The notes under the pieces were generated by a model. That model was given only the letters and a program-made list of their open reading frames with translations, did no database searches and was not told where the DNA came from. A stretch of DNA of 64,000 nt from an uncultured Alphaproteobacteria bacterium (GTDB lineage Bacteria; Pseudomonadota; Alphaproteobacteria; HIMB59). The stretch covers positions 7,381 to 71,380 of the forward strand of contig CACNLH010000007.1 in NCBI GenBank assembly GCA_902621205.1, written 5' to 3'. The position numbers and the translations under genes are program-made. Positions 45,402-53,560 of the stretch are shown here, one piece after another (positions within the stretch are counted from its first letter, which is position 1; every line of letters starts with the position of its first letter).

Positions 45402-45751
45402 TCTAGTGCTCCATTTTTCCATTCATATATAAAACCTACTGTGAGAATAAATAAAAAAAACATCATTGAATAAAAACCAAGAGCTCCAATATTGCTAAGA
45501 CTCACGGCCCAAGGAAATAAAAACGCAATTTCTAAATCAAATATAATAAATAGTATTGATACTAAATAAAACTTAACATCAAATTTTGACCGAGCGTCGT
45601 CAAATGCCTCAAAACCACATTCATATGCAGATAGTTTTTCAGTATCAGGTGAGCTAGGTGATAATATTTTTGAGAGCAAATACATAGCGATTGCCATTCC
45701 TGCCCCAATAATAATGAATATCAATATGAAAATATAATCTAGGTTGTACAT
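45392..45751 (-). CDS. nuoA: NADH-quinone oxidoreductase subunit A
   Basis: [29 protein letters not shown]. Confidence 0.97.
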   Translation of the reverse strand: MYNLDYIFILIFIIIGAGMAIAMYLLSKILSPSSPDTEKLSAYECGFEAFDDARSKFDVKFYLVSILFIIFDLEIAFLFPWAVSLSNIGALGFYSMMFFLFILTVGFIYEWKNGALDWE

Positions 45752-45781
45752 TAAAAGTTTTGATTTTCCGTAACGCAATAC

Positions 45782-45825
45782 ATTATAAGAAACAATATGT
45801 ATTTAGTGACGATAAAAATGACGCA
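45782..45825 (-). promoter_or_regulatory. Putative nuoA promoter (TATAAT -10) with an upstream GCGNC-type inverted motif
   Basis: Minus strand TGCGTC-ATTTTTATC-GTCACT-17 nt-TATAAT, ~30 nt before the nuoA ATG. Confidence 0.4.
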
Positions 45826-45880
45826 TTAGTCTTACACTTGATTTTTAAATATTTGAGTGTAAAAAAGTTAAAAAAATATT

Positions 45881-46909
45881 TTATCCTTTAGAGTAATAAG
45901 CAACTCTATCTTCTGTAAAGATAGGAAATGATTCATTTATTGTTTGTTTTTTTAGATTACTACAATAATAGCCAATATTTTCTATTAAAAGGTCCTTACA
46001 TTCAGTTCCAAAGTGAATTTCATCAGCATAAATAGATTGATAAGAGCCATCTAATCTTGAACCATAAATACCAAATTTAAAATTTGCCAAATTATCTGAG
46101 TTTTTTACACCTTTTTGATCTTTCCAGAGTGTTTGGTTTTTTCTGTAATGCAATAACTTTCCATTTAACCAAATTTTATGAAAAGCTTTGGAAATATCCT
46201 TTTTATTAAAATTAATATTGAAGACTAAATCATACCATTTATTCCTTTGTAAATTTTTTGCAGATATTATTTGGTACCAATCATGCCTAGCTTCACAAAA
46301 AATTCTTTTATCAGTATCCTCTGGACCTCCAGCACCAGGTGAGCAATCATCATTCCCTCCTTCAATAATAATAACTCCCTCACTAGATTCGTGTCTCCAA
46401 AGTAAACCTTTCTTCTTGTCTATCTGAAGCATAAACATAGGACCAAAAAAACTCTCTGTGCTATGAAATTGCAATATTGATTTATTCATAGCGCTATCAT
46501 TATTTAGTTCGTAATTTTCTGTGATTAAAAAAGAATAAGATAACCATATTTCTCCTTGAAAACCATAATTGGTTCCTACCTCTACTCTTTTTTGTTTTTC
46601 ACCATTTGGTCGTGAGCAATCTTTTAATTTGTTATAACACTCATCGCCTGGTGCTTGGATAAAAAAAGCAGTGTCTCCGTATCTTGTTTTTTCTTTCTGA
46701 AGTTGAAAAAGCACCAATTTTTTTTTTCTTTGATATTTTTTTATTTCTTCTTTTGAACTAGCATTCCAACCTGGGTCAATTTTAAAACCTTTAATTGTTG
46801 TATCGCCAAAGCTCATACCAAGTTTCTTTAATCCATGAACATCTTTTGATTTATAAGAAGAACATGAAAATAAAGAAAAAATTAAAAAAAACGAAATGAA
46901 TATTTTGAA
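45881..46909 (-). CDS. Polysaccharide lyase / heparin lyase I-like (Polysacc_lyase, beta-jelly-roll) predicted lipoprotein; start unresolved
   Basis: Lipobox LFS-C after hydrophobic IFISFFLIF; motifs R.EV, WLSYSF, LQFH, KWYDL.F.INF, IWLNGK, FKFGIY, ADEI recalled from this family. The frame stays open to a TTG at 46972 inside tRNA-Asp. Confidence 0.7.
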   Translation of the reverse strand, partial: FKIFISFFLIFSLFSCSSYKSKDVHGLKKLGMSFGDTTIKGFKIDPGWNASSKEEIKKYQRKKKLVLFQLQKEKTRYGDTAFFIQAPGDECYNKLKDCSRPNGEKQKRVEVGTNYGFQGEIWLSYSFLITENYELNNDSAMNKSILQFHSTESFFGPMFMLQIDKKKGLLWRHESSEGVIIIEGGNDDCSPGAGGPEDTDKRIFCEARHDWYQIISAKNLQRNKWYDLVFNINFNKKDISKAFHKIWLNGKLLHYRKNQTLWKDQKGVKNSDNLANFKFGIYGSRLDGSYQSIYADEIHFGTECKDLLIENIGYYCSNLKKQTINESFPIFTEDRVAYYSKG

Positions 46910-46910
46910 G

Positions 46911-46988
46911 TGGCGGGAGCGACGGGACTCGAACCCGCGACCTCCTGCGTGACAGGCAGGCGTTCTAACCAAACTGAACTACACCCCC
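46911..46988 (-). tRNA. tRNA-Asp(GTC)
   Basis: GGGGGTGTAGTTCAGTTTGGTTAGAACGCCTGCCTGTCACGCAGGAGGTCGCGGGTTCGAGTCCCGTCGCTCCCGCCA; cloverleaf with encoded CCA. Confidence 0.97.
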
Positions 46989-47001
46989 GACAATTGTCGA
47001 A

Positions 47002-47077
47002 TGGTGGGCGATGACGGACTCGAACCGCCGACCCTCTCGGTGTAAACGAGATGCTCTACCAACTGAGCTAATCGCCC
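47002..47077 (-). tRNA. tRNA-Val(TAC)
   Basis: GGGCGATTAGCTCAG...TTTACAC...GGTTCGAGTCC...CGCCCACCA. Confidence 0.97.
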
Positions 47078-47095
47078 TATCTAATTTGCAAAAAA

Positions 47096-47377
47096 TTAGA
47101 CTGTGGACTTTATTAGTTCTTTTAGCTGTTTTCCAGCAAGAAATTTTGGCTTTTTTGATGCAGGAATTTGGATAGACTCTCCAGTTCTTGGGTTTCTTCC
47201 AGTCTTAGCTTTTGTGTTAGCTACCTTAAAAGTACCAAAACCGGCAATCTTAACATCCCCTCCTGCTTTCAAAGTAGATGTGATAATATCAAATAAACTT
47301 TCTACAGCCTTAGTTGCATCTGATTTTCCAACACCATTTTTCGTACTATATTCAGCAATGAGTTCATTTTTGTTCAT
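47096..47377 (-). CDS. hupB: DNA-binding protein HU
   Basis: MNKNELI, GFGTF, GRNPRTGE; AGGAGG SD; follows lon. Confidence 0.95.
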   Translation of the reverse strand: MNKNELIAEYSTKNGVGKSDATKAVESLFDIITSTLKAGGDVKIAGFGTFKVANTKAKTGRNPRTGESIQIPASKKPKFLAGKQLKELIKSTV

Positions 47378-47407
47378 ACCGAACCTCCTTAGTGATTCTA
47401 TTAGTTA

Positions 47408-47437
47408 ATTGTAGTAAGAAAAAGGTAAGAAAATCAA
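47408..47437 (-). promoter_or_regulatory. Putative sigma70 promoter for hupB-tRNA-Val-tRNA-Asp
   Basis: Minus strand TTGATT-18 nt-TACAAT in the lon-hupB spacer. Confidence 0.45.
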
Positions 47438-47447
47438 CAACAATATA

Positions 47448-49865
47448 CTAGTTGACGAATGTTTTTTCTTGATTTTGCTGGTTTTTTGGCTTCATAGACT
47501 CAGTAACTAAGTGTCTCCAGTCCAATTTTTTGTTGATTTTACTAATTTTTCCATCGAGAGCCAAGTCCAATACCTCTTTTGCAAACTCGACTTTCTTAAT
47601 TATCAACTTGTTTTGGATGTCTTTTTGTATTTCAACTAAGTCCTTTTCATTCTCTTTTGGGATGATAACAGTTTTAATACCGTATCTTATAGCAGCCAAT
47701 AATTTCTCTTTTAATCCGCCAATTGGAAGAACTCTTCCTTTTAAAGTAATTTCTCCTGTCATTGCAATGTCTCTTTTTATTTTGATATCAGTAAGAGATG
47801 AAATTAATGAGGTAAATATTGTTATTCCAGCACTTGGACCATCTTTAGGTATGGCTCCTTCAGGAACATGTAAATGGATATCTATTTTATCAAAAACCTT
47901 AGGGTTCACTCCAAACTCAACAGAATTAGATTTAATGTAACCTAAAGCAGCAGTAATAGACTCTTTCATCACATCACCAAGTTTACCTGTTGCATTAATC
48001 ATTCCCTTGCCTGATGATAAGTTAACTTCAATATTTAAGATATCTCCACCAACCTGAGTCCATGCTAGACCATTAGTAATGCCAACTAAATTTTTCTTTT
48101 CTAAAACACTATCTTTGAATTTCTCTGGGCCTAAAAAATTTTTTATAGCCTTATCATCAAAAACAAATGGCTTTTTTGATCTTGATTTATTTTTTTCTAA
48201 TTGAAAAACAAGTTTTCTAAAAAGCTTATCAAAAACTTTTTCAAGCCCTCTGACACCAGACTCTCTAGTATAATGTCTCACAATTTTAGTAATTGAACTT
48301 TTATCAAGTTTAAATTCATTATTTTTTAAAATATTTTTATTCATTTTTCTTGGAATTAAATATTTTTTTGCAATTTCAACTTTTTCTTTTTCAGTATAAC
48401 CAGATACTTCAATGACCTCTAATCTGTCAAGAAGAGGACCAGGTATGTTGTAAGTATTACCTGTGCATATAAACATCACATTTGATAAGTCATAATCAAC
48501 CTCAAGGTAATGATCATTAAACTGGTTATTTTGCTCTGGATCTAACACTTCTAACAATGCAGAGGATGGATCACCTCTCCAGTCACTACCTACTTTGTCA
48601 ATTTCATCAAGTAAAATAATTGGATTAGATGTTTTTGTTTTCTTCATAGCCTGAATAAATCGACCAGGCATTGAGCCAATATATGTTCTTCTATGTCCTC
48701 TGATTTCAGCCTCATCTCTAATTCCACCAAGAGAAATTTTAGCAAATTCTCTACCTGTAGCTCTCGCAATGGATTTACCTAATGAAGTCTTACCTACGCC
48801 TGGAGGTCCTACAAAACAAAGTATTGTGCCAGATGCTTTCTTTGATCTTTTTTTGACTGCTAAAAATTCAAGTATTCTCTCTTTGACTTTTTCAAGACCG
48901 TAATGATCATCATTTAGAATTTCTTCAGAACCTTTTATGTCTATAACTTCTTTTGAGAAATTTTCCCATGGGATATCTAATATCCACTCTAGGTAATTGC
49001 GAATAACTGATGCTTCTGCAGACATTGGGCTCATAGATTTTAATTTTTTAAATTCATTTAAAGCTTTTTCCTTTGCCTCTTTTGATAATTTTACCTCATT
49101 AATTTTTTTCTCTATTTCAGAATATTCGTTTGAACCATCTTCACCATCACCAAGTTCTTTCTGTATGGCTTTCATTTGTTCATTTAAGTAGTACTCTCTT
49201 TGAGTTTTTTCCATTTGTCTTTTTACTCTATTTTTTATTTTTTTCTCAAGAGCAGAAAAGTTAAGTTCTTTTGAAAAGAAATTCAGTAAGTTTTGAATTT
49301 TTTTATTAATATCAATAATTTCTAAATTTTTTTGTTTATCTTCAATTCCGATGTTTAAGTTGTAATAAATATTATCAATGAACTGATAAGGATCTTCAAT
49401 GTTTAAAAGTCCTTCAAGGATGTCATTATTATTTCCTATATTTTGTATATAATTTTGAAATTCGTTTTTTAAAACTCTTAATGAAGCTTTTAATTCAACT
49501 GAATTTTTTTTGTTAATTACTACTGTTTCAATTTTAGCTGTGAGGAAGTTATTATTTGCCTTAACAGCAGACTTTATCTTTACTATTTCTAAGCCTTCAG
49601 TAAGGACTTTATATGTATTGTCAGGTAACTTGAGAAACTGAATAATTTTTGATTTTACTCCGTAGGAATAAACATCGTTAACTTGGGGATCATCAGTCGT
49701 TGGTTCTTTTTGCGTAAATAAATAAATTATCTTATTGTTATGATTCATGGCAAAATTAATTGCATCAATAGATTTAGCTCTGCCAACAAACAAAGGTGAG
49801 GTTATAGAGGGATAAACAACTAAGTCCCTTAAAGGTAAAATAGGTCCAATGATTTGATTTTCCAT
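47448..49865 (-). CDS. lon: Lon protease
   Basis: LPLRD, GPPGVGKTS, PKDGPSAG, GGLKEK. Confidence 0.98.
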   Translation of the reverse strand: MENQIIGPILPLRDLVVYPSITSPLFVGRAKSIDAINFAMNHNNKIIYLFTQKEPTTDDPQVNDVYSYGVKSKIIQFLKLPDNTYKVLTEGLEIVKIKSAVKANNNFLTAKIETVVINKKNSVELKASLRVLKNEFQNYIQNIGNNNDILEGLLNIEDPYQFIDNIYYNLNIGIEDKQKNLEIIDINKKIQNLLNFFSKELNFSALEKKIKNRVKRQMEKTQREYYLNEQMKAIQKELGDGEDGSNEYSEIEKKINEVKLSKEAKEKALNEFKKLKSMSPMSAEASVIRNYLEWILDIPWENFSKEVIDIKGSEEILNDDHYGLEKVKERILEFLAVKKRSKKASGTILCFVGPPGVGKTSLGKSIARATGREFAKISLGGIRDEAEIRGHRRTYIGSMPGRFIQAMKKTKTSNPIILLDEIDKVGSDWRGDPSSALLEVLDPEQNNQFNDHYLEVDYDLSNVMFICTGNTYNIPGPLLDRLEVIEVSGYTEKEKVEIAKKYLIPRKMNKNILKNNEFKLDKSSITKIVRHYTRESGVRGLEKVFDKLFRKLVFQLEKNKSRSKKPFVFDDKAIKNFLGPEKFKDSVLEKKNLVGITNGLAWTQVGGDILNIEVNLSSGKGMINATGKLGDVMKESITAALGYIKSNSVEFGVNPKVFDKIDIHLHVPEGAIPKDGPSAGITIFTSLISSLTDIKIKRDIAMTGEITLKGRVLPIGGLKEKLLAAIRYGIKTVIIPKENEKDLVEIQKDIQNKLIIKKVEFAKEVLDLALDGKISKINKKLDWRHLVTESMKPKNQQNQEKTFVN

Positions 49866-49888
49866 ACTATTAAGATAGTGAGGAATTT

Positions 49889-51143
49889 TTAATTTTCACC
49901 CACTTTTTTTTTAATTTTTGCTTTTTCTTTGTATACGATTATTGGTCTATTTGAGATTACTGACTCTTTACTTAAAACTACCTTATCCACAGAATCCTTA
50001 TCAGGAATATCATACATACAATCTAAAAGAAGCTTTTCCATAATTGACCTTAGGCCTCGTGCACCAATTTTTTTTTCAACAGCTAATTGAGCAATTTGCT
50101 CTCTACCATCTTCAGTTATCTCGAATTCAACCCCTTCAAAAGAAAAAAGAGCTTTGTATTGTTTTGATATTGCATTTTTTGGTCTTGTAATAATCTCTTT
50201 TAAATCATCTAAAGATAATTCATTCAAACTAGCGCTTACAGGAAGTCTTCCTACTAATTCAGGTATTAATCCAAATTTAATCAAATCGTCATTTTCAAGT
50301 TGTGAAGTCATTGGTTGGTCCTGATTAATTGATTTATTAAAACCTATCGACTTTTTATTTACTCGATTTTTTATAATTTTATCAATGCCTTCAAACGCGC
50401 CCCCACAAACAAACAATATATTTTTTGTATCAACTTGAAGAAACTCTTGTTGAGGATGCTTTCTTCCACCTTGAGGTGGCACGCTAGCTGTTGTTCCCTC
50501 AATTATTTTTAGCAAAGCTTGTTGAACTCCCTCACCAGATACATCTCTTGTTATAGATGGATTTTCACTTTTTCTACCCACTTTATCAATTTCATCAATA
50601 TATACGATACCCTTTTGAGCCAAAGCTACATCATAATCACATTGCTGAAGTAATCTTAAAATAATATTTTCAACGTCTTCACCTACATATCCAGCCTCCG
50701 TCAACGTGGTAGCATCAGCAATTGTAAAAGGTACATTTAAAAATTTTGCTAGGGTTTGAGCTAAAAGTGTTTTACCACAACCTGTTGGTCCGATAAGTAA
50801 TATGTTTGATTTAGAAATTTCTATATCTTTTGAGGGGTTTTGAACTCTCTTATAATGATTGTAAACAGATACAGATAATATTTTTTTTGCATGATCTTGA
50901 CCAATTATATGATCATCAAGATAATTATAGATCTCACTTGGTTTTGGTATCTCAAATTTTTTCTTTGTGTCAATTTTATCATCCTCAACAAGTATATCCT
51001 TACATAAAACCACACACTCATTACAAATATAAACATTTGGTCCAGCAATTAATTTTTTAACCTCTTCTTGGCTTTTACCACAAAAAGAGCATGATATTTT
51101 TTTTATCAGAGCTATTAGCAGAGGTGATTTTTTCATCAGACAT
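49889..51143 (-). CDS. clpX: ATP-dependent Clp protease ATP-binding subunit (probable hidden +1 frameshift at 51097-51104)
   Basis: CSFCGK zinc finger, [28 protein letters not shown] 51143 gives [15 protein letters not shown], which joins ISCSFC if one A is removed from the A8 run. Confidence 0.96.
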
Positions 51144-51145
51144 TT

Positions 51146-51736
51146 TTATTTTTCAATTCTAGTAGTAATTACTTTATCTATCAAACCAAATTTTTGCGCC
51201 TCTTCAGGGTCAAAGAATCTATCTCTTTCCATTGCCTTTTCTATTTCACCAATGCTTATCTTGGTATGCTTTTGATATATTTCATTGAGTCTTTTTTTTG
51301 TCTTTAATATCTCTTCAGCATGAATTTTAATATCACTCGCTTGTCCTGAAAAACCACCAGATGGTTGATGAATCATTATTTTAGAGTGTGGTAAAGCATA
51401 CCTGTTGCCCTCTTTTCCTGCAGCGAGTATTAATGAGCCTGCAGAGGCAGCTTGACCTATACAAACTGTATGAACAGGACATTTTATATATTGCATAGTG
51501 TCATACATTGCCAATCCAGCTGTAACTAGACCACCAGGTGAATTGATATAAAGATTAATGGGCTCTTCTGGATTCTCAGACTCTAAAAATAAAAGTTGAG
51601 CGCATATTAAAGAGGCAGTCTCATCATTGATGGCACCTGTCAAAAAAATAATTCTTTCTCTGAGCAGTCTGGAGAAAATATCAAAAGATCTCTCCCCTTT
51701 TCCTGATTGTTCAATGACTATGGGTACTAGATTCAT
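51146..51736 (-). CDS. clpP: ATP-dependent Clp protease proteolytic subunit
   Basis: [31 protein letters not shown]. Confidence 0.98.
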   Translation of the reverse strand: MNLVPIVIEQSGKGERSFDIFSRLLRERIIFLTGAINDETASLICAQLLFLESENPEEPINLYINSPGGLVTAGLAMYDTMQYIKCPVHTVCIGQAASAGSLILAAGKEGNRYALPHSKIMIHQPSGGFSGQASDIKIHAEEILKTKKRLNEIYQKHTKISIGEIEKAMERDRFFDPEEAQKFGLIDKVITTRIEK

Positions 51737-52937
51737 TATTTTGAGATCCTTTTTTCATTAGCTCTTCTAAGCTTAACTTAGTTTCTTTGATTTTAAAAGT
51801 TTTCATAGACTCATCTGCTATTTTATTTCTAAGAAGAGTACCATAAGCAGCTTCTGCCGTTCTTTGATCAATTTTTTCACCATAATATTTTTGAATATAC
51901 TCTTGGAGTTCTTTCTGCTCAACTTTTACATTTAAAAATTTTACTAATTCTGAAAAAAGAACGTCTTTTTGAATATTCTCACTTGTGAGTTTTTTTAAAC
52001 TATCAATTCTTTCTTTGTGCTCATCCTTCATTTTAGATAAATCAATTTGATATTTTCTTTTAAGCTCAAGATTTACAACCTCCTCGTTGATATCAATCTT
52101 TTTCTTTTGTGATAGGACTTTAAGTAGATCTTCAATAAAAAACTCTTTTTGAAGATAATTCATATCCTCATTGAGTTTATTATCAATTTTGTCATTTAAT
52201 TCTTTAGTAGATTTTAATTTTAAAATCTTAATCAACTCGTCATCATTTTTAGGATAAATCTTTTTATTTATATCTTTGATTTGAGCGTTTATCTTTATTC
52301 CTTTTGTGGAAAAATTAATATCAGATTTATTTTTAATTTTTAAAAGAGATTTTTTTAAGTCTAAAAATACTTCTTCTTTCGTTTGGGTGTTTAAGTCTAC
52401 TCTTACCTCTTTTTGAGAAAATAATTTTTTTTGTTCATCTTCATAGTTTAATATTTCAAAATCTATAACAGAATTTTCATCTGATATATCTATACTCTCT
52501 AATGAATAGTACTCTTTTCTTACTTTTTCTCTAAAATCATCAATATCTTTTTTTGTTACCTCTGAAGTAACTTTCTCTATTTCACTTGTTTTTAACTCAT
52601 CCATTTTAATTTCGGGTTTCAAATAAAAAGCCAAGGTAAAATTATAATTATCTTTAAAATTAACATCAGGTTGTATCAGGGATTGTATTTTTTCATCCTC
52701 ACTGATTTTATTTATATTTTTTGATACCTCTTCATTTAATACCTCGTTTTCAATTTGAAGACCAATTTTAGACTTTATGATGCTTACCGGTACTTTGCCC
52801 TTTCTAAAACCTGCAATTTCAAAAGTAGGTTGCTTTTCTGATATTTTTTCGTCAATAATTTTAGCAATAGCGCTTTGATCTAAAGATACCTCAAAAGATG
52901 ATTTGTAACTTTTTTTTTCTATGTTTTTATAATCCAT
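51711..52937 (-). CDS. tig: Trigger factor (divergent)
   Basis: GFRKGKVP ribosome-binding motif; tRNA-Leu-tig-clpP synteny; start at ATG 52937. Confidence 0.88.
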   Translation of the reverse strand: MDYKNIEKKSYKSSFEVSLDQSAIAKIIDEKISEKQPTFEIAGFRKGKVPVSIIKSKIGLQIENEVLNEEVSKNINKISEDEKIQSLIQPDVNFKDNYNFTLAFYLKPEIKMDELKTSEIEKVTSEVTKKDIDDFREKVRKEYYSLESIDISDENSVIDFEILNYEDEQKKLFSQKEVRVDLNTQTKEEVFLDLKKSLLKIKNKSDINFSTKGIKINAQIKDINKKIYPKNDDELIKILKLKSTKELNDKIDNKLNEDMNYLQKEFFIEDLLKVLSQKKKIDINEEVVNLELKRKYQIDLSKMKDEHKERIDSLKKLTSENIQKDVLFSELVKFLNVKVEQKELQEYIQKYYGEKIDQRTAEAAYGTLLRNKIADESMKTFKIKETKLSLEELMKKGSQNNESSTHSH

Positions 52938-52950
52938 ATTACTTGTATTC

Positions 52951-53032
52951 TGGTGCGCCAGGAGGGACTCGAACCCCCACGGTTGCCCACTGGTTCCTAA
53001 GACCAGCGCGTCTACCATTCCGCCACTGGCGC
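52951..53032 (-). tRNA. tRNA-Leu(TAG)
   Basis: GCGCCAGTGGCGGAATGGTAGACGCGCTGGTCTTAGGAACCAG-variable arm-GGGTTCGAGTCCC...GGCGCACCA. Confidence 0.97.
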
Positions 53033-53038
53033 ACAAAT

Positions 53039-53116
53039 TGGGGCGAGTAAGGGGACTTGAACCCCCGACCTCCGGTACCACAAACCGGCGCTCTAACCAA
53101 CTGAGCTACACCCGCC
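53039..53116 (-). tRNA. tRNA-His(GTG) with G-1 and C73
   Basis: GGCGGGTGTAGCTCAG...TTGTGGT...GGTTCAAGTCCCCTTACTCGCCCCA. Confidence 0.96.
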
Positions 53117-53142
53117 AAAAATTGAATTAATTTATAGTATAG

Positions 53143-53520
<378 letters not shown>

Positions 53521-53560
53521 TTTTTACACAAACCAAGTTAACAACTCAGGAGGTTATTAG

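Noticed and set aside
46988-46999. Perfect 12-bp palindrome CGACAATTGTCG between the two tRNAs
   Set aside because: Single short occurrence overlapping the tRNA 5' base; no supportable function.
45752-47095. Integrative element or prophage at tRNA-Asp/tRNA-Val
   Set aside because: No integrase and no duplicated tRNA 3' end (attR) are visible.
52938-53081. ORF-track N-terminal extension of tig reading through tRNA-His and tRNA-Leu
   Set aside because: tig has its own ATG at 52937. GC-rich tRNAs are often stop-free by chance, which also tempers the tRNA-Asp overlap finding.
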